From the NCBI GenBank assembly GCA_046754465.1, contig JBHHVU010000022.1, forward strand, positions 1 to 47,087: a stretch of DNA of 47,087 bases, in the 5' to 3' direction. Positions 20,700-29,481 of the stretch are shown one piece after another; position 1 is the stretch's first letter; each line of letters opens with the position of its first letter. The position numbers and the translations under genes are program-made. The notes beneath the pieces were generated by a model that saw nothing but the letters and a program-made list of their open reading frames with translations, had not been told where the DNA came from and did no database searches. The DNA comes from Nitrospinaceae bacterium (GTDB lineage Bacteria > Nitrospinota > Nitrospinia > Nitrospinales > VA-1).

Positions 20700-20842
20700 C
20701 AGCCGGCCAGCTCCATCGGCTGGGGAAAGCGGTTTTTTTGCTTCCGGGTTGGGCCCTGGGTCGGCCCATCCCGGGTTTGCGATGCCTTGAGAGAGGGTCC
20801 TTCTCTAAGAAGGGGAATGGTGGGTTGCGGGGTCGTCCGCAT

Positions 20843-22171
20843 TTACAACCAGCATTCCCTGTTTTGGGGGTCCAGTCGTTCCCTGGCCAGTCTCACCGCC
20901 TCTTCCCGGAAAATGGTATCCTTTTGCCCGCTGGCGGCCACCCTTTGATGGATTTCCATCACATTCTTGGATACGGTATCGTATATCAAATCCTCCATGA
21001 AGGTTCGCAGGCCTTTTCCTTCCACCCGCTTCTTGTAATCCTGATCGGCGGTCATTTTCAATTCCACCGCACACCCGATCACCCCGCCGACATTGACGAT
21101 AAAATCCGAAAGAGACAAAATATTTCTCCGGTTTTTCAGGTAATACTCCGTCATTTTGTTGCTTGGGGTGTTGGCTCCCTGGAGGATCATGCGGCATTGA
21201 ATGCGGTCGGCGTTTCTGGCGGTGATGGCATCCGGCCGGGCGGCGGGAACGAGGATATCGCAAGGCGCTTCCAGGAGCCAGTCCAATCCCCCGGGCCCGA
21301 ATCGTTTTTCCACCGATCCCGAATACGCCTGAAGGCCCTGGATGCCGCGCCGGATGGAGTTCATTTCCTCGATATCCAATCCCTTGGGATTCCACAGGGC
21401 GGCGTGAATATCCGAGGCGCCGGCTATAATGGCTCCCGCTTCATGGAGTTTGGTGGCGATTCGGGCTCCCACGTTGCCGTAGCCCTGGACCACCACGCGG
21501 GCGTTTTTGATGGGGACACCCCCTTCGAGGTGTTCCATGACCCGGGCGGCGGCAAAGAGACCATGCGCGGTGAGGCCCCAGGCATCGATGGGAATCCCCC
21601 CTTTTTCGGGAAGCCTTCCAGCTCCCCCGCGCATGTGGTTTGCACGTCCTAATTTATCGGAATACAGTTCGTAGATTTGCTGGATATCCTTTTCCTGAGT
21701 ACCCATATCCGGTGCGGGAATATATTTATCTATCTGAAAAGCGGCTTCCGCGAAAAGGTGGATCAATCCGGATTTGAAGGCGGGATTTTCAAGGAACAAA
21801 TCGGGATCGGCAATCAATCCGGATTTACCGCCGCCGAATGGCAGGCAGGCGGCACTGTTTTTCAGCGTCATGGTCCGGGCCAGGCGGGAGACTTCTGCCA
21901 GGGTCAAATCCCCGGCGATGCGGATTCCGCCCAATCCCGGCCCCCGCAGAGTGTTGTCCACCACGACATAACCCCAGGTTTTTCCAGCCGCGGGATCGTA
22001 GATGCGGATTCTTTGTTCCGGGGGATTCTCTTCGTCGGATGAAAAGCGGTCCCGCCTGGTTATGACAGGAAGGGGTTCCAGCTCCAATTTTTTGGGCAGA
22101 TGCAATTCAGTCCCAATTTTGGAAGGATTAACGATTTCTTTTATGGCATTCAAAGTGTTCAAGAGGTCCAT
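20843..22171 (-). CDS. Glu/Leu/Phe/Val dehydrogenase family protein
   Basis: GPGLGGIR, MTLKN, GGGKS, PAPDMGT, QGYGNVG, GAN. Confidence 0.9.
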   Translation of the reverse strand: MDLLNTLNAIKEIVNPSKIGTELHLPKKLELEPLPVITRRDRFSSDEENPPEQRIRIYDPAAGKTWGYVVVDNTLRGPGLGGIRIAGDLTLAEVSRLARTMTLKNSAACLPFGGGKSGLIADPDLFLENPAFKSGLIHLFAEAAFQIDKYIPAPDMGTQEKDIQQIYELYSDKLGRANHMRGGAGRLPEKGGIPIDAWGLTAHGLFAAARVMEHLEGGVPIKNARVVVQGYGNVGARIATKLHEAGAIIAGASDIHAALWNPKGLDIEEMNSIRRGIQGLQAYSGSVEKRFGPGGLDWLLEAPCDILVPAARPDAITARNADRIQCRMILQGANTPSNKMTEYYLKNRRNILSLSDFIVNVGGVIGCAVELKMTADQDYKKRVEGKGLRTFMEDLIYDTVSKNVMEIHQRVAASGQKDTIFREEAVRLARERLDPQNRECWL

Positions 22172-22240
22172 ATTCTCTCAACATTTGAAACCGTTATATT
22201 TAAATGGGTTGAGCTCTTCAATAAAACTTTATTTTGTTTC

Positions 22241-22263
22241 ACTGTAGCCAAATTGTAGCCAAA
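22241..22263 (+). repeat. tandem direct repeat ACTGTAGCCAA-ATTGTAGCCAAA (left arm-type site candidate)
   Basis: Read directly from the sequence; 11-bp period. Confidence 0.85.
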
Positions 22264-22310
22264 GTAAATTTATGGGCCAGCTTGAAAGGGTAAAAACGGA
22301 TTTGGTTCAG

Positions 22311-23099
22311 CTAAACTATTTCCGGTTTCCATCCTGCGATAAAATCGAAATGATCTTCAAACTCAAGGATTTCTTTTCCTGCCAACTTGATTTCCATTTC
22401 TTTAATTCCTTCCTCAATTTCTTCATCGCTGAAGGATGAAAGAACAGTCATATAGCCTGTTCGGACCATATTGATGTATTTCTGCTTGGGGATGGAATGA
22501 CGGTATTTTAAATATTCATGTTTAACCTGGAACCCGGCATTTTCTAACGTCCGATTTAGATCCTCTGGGTCGGCATGCCAGTTTCGTACCCTCTCCAAGG
22601 CTTTTTTAAATAGGGGGTAGTCCAGTTCAGGTGGAACATGCACCAGAAGCAATCTTCCTCCGGGAGACAGGAATTCAAACAAGTTGCGGAACAACAGGTC
22701 TTTATCCTGAACATGGTGAACGGCTTCCTTCATTAACACTTTGTCATATTTTCCTGCAAGAGCGGAAAAAGCAAGGCCATCAAACTGCTTGCATTCAATC
22801 TTAGGATGGGACTTTGCTTGAGAAAGCATTTCTGCAAATGGGTCAACCAGAATAGCGGGCTTTTTTAAGGGGACCTGCTCCAGAATATCCTTGGTGTACA
22901 TCCCGGTTCCTCCCCCAAGATCGATAAAAACGTCATCCTCTTTTAAATCAAGCATGTGGATCATTTTTTGGGTGAGCGTCCGGACAAACGTTGGTGAGTA
23001 AAGAAGATAATCGTCATAATTTTTGGAAAGATTTTTGTAGTGATCCTCCACAAGGTCTTCGGTAAATGGTCGATGCTCAAATTTTGTTTCTTCAGTCAT
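22311..23099 (-). CDS. class I SAM-dependent methyltransferase
   Basis: Motif I FIDLGGGTG, YDKVLMKEAVHH, LSPGGRLL. Confidence 0.9.
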   Translation of the reverse strand: MTEETKFEHRPFTEDLVEDHYKNLSKNYDDYLLYSPTFVRTLTQKMIHMLDLKEDDVFIDLGGGTGMYTKDILEQVPLKKPAILVDPFAEMLSQAKSHPKIECKQFDGLAFSALAGKYDKVLMKEAVHHVQDKDLLFRNLFEFLSPGGRLLLVHVPPELDYPLFKKALERVRNWHADPEDLNRTLENAGFQVKHEYLKYRHSIPKQKYINMVRTGYMTVLSSFSDEEIEEGIKEMEIKLAGKEILEFEDHFDFIAGWKPEIV

Positions 23100-23174
23100 A
23101 AAAAAATCCCTTTTTATAAAATCAATTCGTAATGAGTTTAAATTGTTAAGATTATCGAAATTTTGAAAAATTTT

Positions 23175-23966
23175 TCAGGTGGCTTCCAGAACAGTCTTCA
23201 GAAAATCTCGGGTTCGTTTTTCCTCAGGTTGATTAAATATTTTCTCTGCCGTGCCTTCTTCCACGATGGTCCCATGCTCCATAAAAATGACCCGGTTTGC
23301 AAATTCCTGCGCAAAATGCATTTGATGGGTTACCAGCAACATGGTCATATCTGTTGAGCGGGCCAGATTTCTTAATACGCTTAAAACTTCCGCCGCCAAC
23401 TCCGGGTCCAATGCCGAAGTGATTTCGTCGAACAGCATTATCCTGGGTTGCATGGCGAGAGCCCGGGCGATAGCCACGCGTTGTTTTTGTCCGCCGGATA
23501 ACTGGGCAGGATAAGCCTTGACTTTGTCTGTCAATCCCACAAGGTCGAGAAATTTGTGGGCGCGTTGCTCGGCCTCTTCCCTGGAAAGCTTCAAAACGTG
23601 GAGGGGCGCTTCGGTTACATTCCGCAAAACCGACATGTGTGGAAACAGGTTGAAACTTTGAAACACCATCCCCACCTTGGACCGAATCTTAGAAACGCGC
23701 TCCTCCGGTAAAGGTGTGGCTGTTTCACCTTCCTTGATGTCGTATAGCACATCCCCGTCTATCAGCACCCGGCCGGAATCGATCGACTCCAGGTTCATCA
23801 AAATTCTTAGAATCGTAGATTTTCCTGAGCCGCTGGGGCCAATCAGAGCGACTTTCCTGGAAGGATTTATTTCTAAATCCAAATCCTTCAACACATCTAA
23901 TTTTCCGTAGCTTTTGCAGACCCTTTGCATTTGAATTGCGGGATTTAGATTATTTTCATTGGACAT
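23175..23966 (-). CDS. ehuA: ectoine/hydroxyectoine ABC transporter ATPase
   Basis: GPSGSGKS, LSGGQKQR, FDEITSALDPE; operon context. Confidence 0.9.
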   Translation of the reverse strand: MSNENNLNPAIQMQRVCKSYGKLDVLKDLDLEINPSRKVALIGPSGSGKSTILRILMNLESIDSGRVLIDGDVLYDIKEGETATPLPEERVSKIRSKVGMVFQSFNLFPHMSVLRNVTEAPLHVLKLSREEAEQRAHKFLDLVGLTDKVKAYPAQLSGGQKQRVAIARALAMQPRIMLFDEITSALDPELAAEVLSVLRNLARSTDMTMLLVTHQMHFAQEFANRVIFMEHGTIVEEGTAEKIFNQPEEKRTRDFLKTVLEAT

Positions 23967-24615
23967 AACGCTGTTCCAGAAACCGGATCATTCTCGCGGA
24001 AATCAAGCTGAGGGTTAAGAATAGCACGCCCACCAGAGTCAGAGGCTCAATGTAGCGAAACGTATCCGCCCCGATTATTTTCGCTGTCTGCAAAAGTTCC
24101 AAAACCGTAATGGCGGACAGCATCGGCGTATCTTTAAACATGGCGATGAGATAATTTCCCATCGCCGGAATAATAGGAGGCAATGCCTGAGGCAGTATGA
24201 TCGATTTAAAGGTGTGGACCTTACTCATATTGAGCGCTTTGGCCGCCTCCCATTGTCCCTCCGGAACACTGTCAATTCCTGCCCGGTACACTTCCGCAAG
24301 GTAAGCACTGTAATGAATGCCCAAAGCCAGAATCCCTGTTTGCAATGGGGTCAATCGCAATCCCGCATCCGGTAACACGTAAAACAAAAAATAAATCTGA
24401 ACCAAAAGCGGTGTGCTGCGAAAAAACTCGACCACCGTGGTTGCAAACCAATACACCAGAGGGCGTCTCGATTTTCTCATTACCGCCCAGAACAGGCCCA
24501 GAAACATCGCCAACGCCATGCCCAGAATCGTCGCCGAGACGGTGACCAAGAGTGCGTCCATTAGTTTTGGCATCAGGTTCCAGGCAAACGCCCAGTCGAA
24601 AATTGTTTCCTTCAC
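23956..24615 (-). CDS. ehuD: ectoine/hydroxyectoine ABC transporter permease
   Basis: FDWAFAW N-terminus, RSTPLLVQ, AEVYRAGI, GQWEAA, MFKDTP. Confidence 0.9.
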   Translation of the reverse strand: MKETIFDWAFAWNLMPKLMDALLVTVSATILGMALAMFLGLFWAVMRKSRRPLVYWFATTVVEFFRSTPLLVQIYFLFYVLPDAGLRLTPLQTGILALGIHYSAYLAEVYRAGIDSVPEGQWEAAKALNMSKVHTFKSIILPQALPPIIPAMGNYLIAMFKDTPMLSAITVLELLQTAKIIGADTFRYIEPLTLVGVLFLTLSLISARMIRFLEQRYVQ

Positions 24616-24617
24616 AA

Positions 24618-25271
24618 TTAATCCTTCGCGTAAGCATAACGCCGTTCCAATTTTCGGACCCCGTAGGTAAGGGACAGCGCAAGCAAAAAATATAGGATCA
24701 AAATAATTCCAAAAATTTCTGTCGATTTATGTGTCGATGCCCGAAGCATCTGTCCTTTAAAAGTCAGTTCCGTTAACGTGATCATGGAGACAAGAGCTGT
24801 ACTTTTTAAAAGCTCAATCAAAAGATTTCCTGCAGGGGGAAGTATGGCCACAAACGCTTGAGGCAAAATGATTTTTGTCATGGTCTGCTTCTTCGAAAAA
24901 CTTAAAGCCTTTGCCGCTTCGTATTGTTCTTTTGGGACGGATTGGACCGCTCCCCGAACCACCTCTGCCCCATATGCGCCAATGTTCAATCCCAGCACCA
25001 GGATGCCTACTGTAAGTGCATCCATTTGTATTCCGAAATGAGGAAGGACGTAAAAAAACCAGAAAAGTTGCACTAATGCAGACGTACCACGAAAGATTTC
25101 AACGTAACAAGCCGCAGGACCATATAAAAATGGATTCCTGGAAAGGCGTGCCAGGCCCGCGGCCAAAGCCACAGGGCAAGCAATAAAGGTTGCCCCGACC
25201 GTTAATAGCAGCGTTATTTTTAATCCGCTTAATAAAGAGGGAAGCCAACCGACAATTTCTGACAATTCCAA
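24618..25271 (-). CDS. ehuC: ectoine/hydroxyectoine ABC transporter permease
   Basis: FRGTSALVQLFW, GAYGAEVVRGA, ELLKST. Confidence 0.9.
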   Translation of the reverse strand: MELSEIVGWLPSLLSGLKITLLLTVGATFIACPVALAAGLARLSRNPFLYGPAACYVEIFRGTSALVQLFWFFYVLPHFGIQMDALTVGILVLGLNIGAYGAEVVRGAVQSVPKEQYEAAKALSFSKKQTMTKIILPQAFVAILPPAGNLLIELLKSTALVSMITLTELTFKGQMLRASTHKSTEIFGIILILYFLLALSLTYGVRKLERRYAYAKD

Positions 25272-25286
25272 TCTCCTGAATTATTT

Positions 25287-26192
25287 TCATTCACCATTTC
25301 GATCAGAAACGGTCCTCAATGTGCAGAGTTCTTCCGCAGTGACGTTTCCAGGCAATTCGTTCTTTGTAAATCCAAAAGGCTGCACCATTTCCTGATGCGT
25401 TTGGGTACCTAAAAACTCAGCAAGCCCTTTGTTTAAGGCTTGAATCAATTCCTGATCTTCTTTTCTTAGGGCGAAGGCTCCATAGCCAATAATCTGCTTT
25501 TCATTGATGACCGGGTCCTGGAAGGGCTCAGCGCGTTCGATACTTTCATCGTTTGCCTTGTTTAATAAGGTTTGAATCGTCAAGCTGGTGGCCGCGAAGG
25601 CGTCGATCCGGTCCGTTTGAACTCCGGCTAGGGCCCCGAGAGCATCGGGAAAAATCATTAGTCTGGCCTCCGGTATTCCCAGAGCCTTGGCATAACTTAT
25701 TTCAATGGTTCCAGCTACTACGCCCAATTTAGCGGTGTCATGATTGGCCACGGTTTCATAACTGTGCAGATTTTTTGGATTGTTTTTCTTAACAATAAAT
25801 CCTTCCCCAATGCCGTAGGTTGGGTTTGAAAATGCTACCTCCTTGCAGCGCTCCGGAGTGATGTACATTCCTGCGGCGATTACATCAAATCGTTTGGCTT
25901 TCAATCCGGGGATCAAGGCCCCAAATTCAGTAAGGACACCTTCGATTTTTTCGATTCCCATCTCTTCAAACACATGACGCGCGATTTCCGGCGCCTCTCC
26001 CGTTAAACGGTCCTGTTCAGGATCGTAATAGGCATACGGGGCTTCGTTGGCATAACCGACACGGATGGTTCCTTTGTCCCTGGCCTGGGCCAACGTACTT
26101 TGGGTTGATTTGGAGTTGTCAGTGGGCGTGGTATCCTGGCATCCCAACAAGGCGGCTATCATCAAAATCAAAATACAAGGATACCGCCCCAT
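25287..26192 (-). CDS. ehuB: ectoine/hydroxyectoine ABC transporter substrate-binding lipoprotein
   Basis: Lipobox LLGC; GYANEAPY, LTEFGALIPGL, AAGMYITPERC, ELC near the C-terminus. Confidence 0.9.
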   Translation of the reverse strand: MGRYPCILILMIAALLGCQDTTPTDNSKSTQSTLAQARDKGTIRVGYANEAPYAYYDPEQDRLTGEAPEIARHVFEEMGIEKIEGVLTEFGALIPGLKAKRFDVIAAGMYITPERCKEVAFSNPTYGIGEGFIVKKNNPKNLHSYETVANHDTAKLGVVAGTIEISYAKALGIPEARLMIFPDALGALAGVQTDRIDAFAATSLTIQTLLNKANDESIERAEPFQDPVINEKQIIGYGAFALRKEDQELIQALNKGLAEFLGTQTHQEMVQPFGFTKNELPGNVTAEELCTLRTVSDRNGE

Positions 26193-26202
26193 ATCTAAAT
26201 TT

Positions 26203-27111
26203 CTAGAAAGGTTTCAAGGGGGAAAAATCCCTGCTGGCAATGTATTCAGGGCGGGGCTTCAAACCGCAGAAGGGGTCGACGAGGGTGTTTTCCATGCTGT
26301 TGTAAACAAAAAATACATTGCTACGGTGCCAGGGGGAGATGTTTCCATTGGAGCCATGCATGATATTGCACTCGAAGAAAATAACTGAACCGGCCTTGCC
26401 TTTAAAGGAAACAATTCCATTTTGGTCAGCCATTTTTCTTAGAATATCTGGATCGGGAACGCCGTATTCCTGTTTTTTTAAAGATTGTTTGAAGTGATCT
26501 TCAGGAGTTTTCCCGGCGCAGGAAATATAATTTTGCTGGGACCCGGGAATCAACATTAAAGGCCCATTAAACTCATTATTATCTGTCAATGTGATCGAAC
26601 AACTGATAGCCCGCATGCGAGGCATCCCATCTTCCATGTGCCATGTTTCGAAATCCGAATGCCAGTAAAACTCCTTGCCATCGAAACCCGGTTTGTAATT
26701 AATCCGGGATTGATGGATGTAAACGGGACTGTTTAAAAGTTGGGTGACTATTTTTAATATAAGTTTATCGCAAGAAACCTTGCGGAATAATTCGTTTGTC
26801 CTATGAATGTTGAAGATGGACCGGACTTCTCGACTGGAGGGTTCGAGAAAATATTCCGGGTTATCTTCAGCGGCTTTGTTGATCCTTAACCGATCCAGTT
26901 CCTCTTGAAGCTTTGTTACTTCTTCCTGGAAGAAGAAGGACTCGAAAATAAGAAACCCGTTTTTTTCATAAAAATCGAGTTGGTCATCGTTCAAATAAGA
27001 ATCAGAGGCCGAAGGGCGTTGGCCATAAACAACGGGATCTTTTCGTCCCATTACTCCCGGGGTTTTCAATCGCGAGGGATAAACATCTTCAATGGTTGTC
27101 TGTTGGATCAT
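26203..27111 (-). CDS. ectD: ectoine hydroxylase
   Basis: Signature FYWHSDFETWHMEDGMP; HGSNGNISP..RSN. Confidence 0.97.
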   Translation of the reverse strand: MIQQTTIEDVYPSRLKTPGVMGRKDPVVYGQRPSASDSYLNDDQLDFYEKNGFLIFESFFFQEEVTKLQEELDRLRINKAAEDNPEYFLEPSSREVRSIFNIHRTNELFRKVSCDKLILKIVTQLLNSPVYIHQSRINYKPGFDGKEFYWHSDFETWHMEDGMPRMRAISCSITLTDNNEFNGPLMLIPGSQQNYISCAGKTPEDHFKQSLKKQEYGVPDPDILRKMADQNGIVSFKGKAGSVIFFECNIMHGSNGNISPWHRSNVFFVYNSMENTLVDPFCGLKPRPEYIASRDFSPLKPF

Positions 27112-27122
27112 AAAATAAATTC

Positions 27123-27524
27123 CTATCGGGACATTTCCGAGGCATTTTCCAGGGGGTAAACGCCCTCTTCATCGTGGACTTCATTGCCATTTAAAGGCGG
27201 ATTAAAAACGCAGATCATCCGCAAACCCGTTTGCGTCCGAAGAATATGCTTTTCATTTCCATTAAGGGCATACAGCGTTCCGGGGGCGATGGGGTATTTC
27301 TTGCCATCCGTCAAATCCTCCAGTTCGCCTTCCCCTTCGATGCAGTAGACCGCTTCCACGTGGTGCTTGTACCACATAGTGGTTTCCGTTCCAGGGTGAA
27401 TTTGCGTATCGTGAAAAGAAAAACCCATTCCATCCTTTTTCAGCAAAAACCGCCGACTGGACCAATTTTCCGCGGAAACATCGTTTTCGGTTCCCGCGAT
27501 GTCCTCAAGTTTTCTGACAATCAT
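27123..27524 (-). CDS. ectC: ectoine synthase
   Basis: MIVR, GFSFH, WYKHHVEAVYC, CVFNPP..G.EVHD. Confidence 0.97.
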   Translation of the reverse strand: MIVRKLEDIAGTENDVSAENWSSRRFLLKKDGMGFSFHDTQIHPGTETTMWYKHHVEAVYCIEGEGELEDLTDGKKYPIAPGTLYALNGNEKHILRTQTGLRMICVFNPPLNGNEVHDEEGVYPLENASEMSR

Positions 27525-27556
27525 ATTTCACCTGAATTTTGAATAAATCTAACCAT

Positions 27557-28813
27557 TTAGGCATAAACCTCACCTGAAGTAATCAACATGCTTTCCTTAA
27601 GAATATCCAACCCCTTGTTTAAATCCTCATCACTTATTGTAAGGGGCGGCAGTAACTTGACCACATCGCTATCGGCGCCGGAGGTTTCCACTAATAATTG
27701 ATTTTCAAAACAAGTTGAGGATAACAGAGAACCATGTTCTTCCGCTCTAAAGACGATTCCATATATCAACCCCCGGCCTCTGATTTCGCTGATTTCATCC
27801 GGAAACGAATCCATCAAATTATGCAAGTGTTCTTTAACGATCAATCCTTTGCGTATAACTTCCTGGGAAAAAGCAGGATTTTCCCAAAACTTCATGGCTT
27901 CTGTTGCTGTCACGAAAGCCAGATTGTTTCCGCGGAAAGTTCCATTGTGTTCTCCCGGTTCCCATATATCCATTTCCGGTTTAATCAGACAAAGCGCCAT
28001 CGGAAGACCATAACCGCTAATGGATTTGGAAAGGCAGACAATATCAGGAGAAAGGTTCATATTGTCAAAACTGAAAAACGTGCCGGTTCTTCCGCATCCC
28101 GCCTGAATATCGTCGAGAATAAAAAGCATGCCATATTTAGTGCATAAAGCCTGAAGTTTTTCCAGCCATTCCTGGCTGGCTACGTTGACTCCTCCCTCCG
28201 CCTGCACCGTTTCCACGATAACGGCCGCCGGAAGATCGACACCACTGCCACTGCATTCCAAAAGGCGGTCAATATAGCCGATTGTATCCATGTCCTCCAT
28301 GTAATTGCAGTAAGGCATGCAAACGGTATTGGTCAGGGGCAGTCCCGCTCCCTCCCGTTTAAAGGCATTGCCGGAAATGGATAAAGAACCCAGTGTCATT
28401 CCGTGAAAGGCCTGAGTAAAAAACAGAATTTTTTCCCGCCCGGTGACTTTCCGGGCAAGTTTAAGAGAACTCTCCACCGCGTTGGTGCCTGTAGGCCCCG
28501 GAAACTGAACTTTGTATGCCATGTTTCTTGGCTTCAAAATTGTTTCGTTGAATTTTTCAAGGAACTCACCTTTTGCTTCCGTAGCCATATCCAGACTGTG
28601 AGCGATACCGTTTCCCTCAATATATTCCAAAAGCCTGGCTTTCATGGAGAGTGGGTTATGGCCATAGTTCAATGCCCCGGCTCCCGAGAAAAAATCAAGA
28701 TAGGGAGTTCCTTTCTGATCAAAAAGATAACACCCTTTTCCTTTTTGAAATATAGCGGGAAAAGTCCGACAATAGGAACGAACTTCTGATTCAATTTCTT
28801 CAAATATATTCAT
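27557..28813 (-). CDS. ectB: diaminobutyrate--2-oxoglutarate transaminase
   Basis: ESEVRSYCR, GALNYGHN, FPGPTG, DDIQAGCGRTG, SKS, PGEHNGTFRG. Confidence 0.97.
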   Translation of the reverse strand: MNIFEEIESEVRSYCRTFPAIFQKGKGCYLFDQKGTPYLDFFSGAGALNYGHNPLSMKARLLEYIEGNGIAHSLDMATEAKGEFLEKFNETILKPRNMAYKVQFPGPTGTNAVESSLKLARKVTGREKILFFTQAFHGMTLGSLSISGNAFKREGAGLPLTNTVCMPYCNYMEDMDTIGYIDRLLECSGSGVDLPAAVIVETVQAEGGVNVASQEWLEKLQALCTKYGMLFILDDIQAGCGRTGTFFSFDNMNLSPDIVCLSKSISGYGLPMALCLIKPEMDIWEPGEHNGTFRGNNLAFVTATEAMKFWENPAFSQEVIRKGLIVKEHLHNLMDSFPDEISEIRGRGLIYGIVFRAEEHGSLLSSTCFENQLLVETSGADSDVVKLLPPLTISDEDLNKGLDILKESMLITSGEVYA

Positions 28814-29316
28814 TTGTAGAGTTGCCTTTTGGGGTTATGGGTTAAAGGGCCAATCCGAAACAAATTTTCCGGTTCATGACCGTTTTCAGAAAAAAATTTC
28901 TTTTCAAAAAACCTTTTTTCATTAATTTCGCTTTGAAGTTCTTTGGCAAGACCCCGAAATAGAGCTTGAGAGGCCGTATTTGAGGGAGTGATTGTCGTTT
29001 CAATGAATTGGATTTCAGGATCAAAATCCCGCTGCAGGAGATGATTTAACATTGCCCTTGCAATGCCTTGATTGCGTTGGCTTTGAGACACTGCTATCTG
29101 CCAAATAAAAAGAGTTTCGGCATGGTTCGGATCTCGAAACGCTGTTAAAAAACCGATTAATTCCTCCTTTTGAGTAGCGATCACACAAGTGTCAGAAAAC
29201 TTCTGGCAAAGCAAAAGGTAGTGGTAACAAGAATTTACATCAAGGGTGCCTGCCGATTTGGCGAGTTGAAAAATTTTAGTGCCATCTTGTAGTACGGGCT
29301 TTCGCAATTGGATCAA
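28810..29316 (-). CDS. ectA: diaminobutyrate acetyltransferase
   Basis: LDVNS.Y.YLL, WQIAV, ETTITPSN.AS, HEPE; ATGA overlap with ectB. Confidence 0.95.
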   Translation of the reverse strand: MIQLRKPVLQDGTKIFQLAKSAGTLDVNSCYHYLLLCQKFSDTCVIATQKEELIGFLTAFRDPNHAETLFIWQIAVSQSQRNQGIARAMLNHLLQRDFDPEIQFIETTITPSNTASQALFRGLAKELQSEINEKRFFEKKFFSENGHEPENLFRIGPLTHNPKRQLYK

Positions 29317-29410
29317 TTTGAAAAAATTAACCTCAAAAAATATGAGCGTAATGGAAATATTCTAAAAATATTTTAAAAAAATAATATCAGTATCTTATAA
29401 AACAAAAAAA

Positions 29411-29436
29411 TTGATTTAACTTTATGTTAAAATCAA
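29411..29436. promoter_or_regulatory. imperfect inverted repeat in the ectA/LysR divergent promoter (candidate operator)
   Basis: TTGATTTAAC-TTTAT-GTTAAAATCAA in a very AT-rich intergenic region. Confidence 0.4.
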
Positions 29437-29481
29437 AATTTATGAGTTATAGGCGCAAACCTTCTTAAAACGGAAAAAAAT

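Noticed and set aside
29405..29432. TTATGTTAAAA as a second dif (XerD arm) inside the islet
   Set aside because: No XerC-like arm 6 bp upstream; better explained as half of the promoter inverted repeat.
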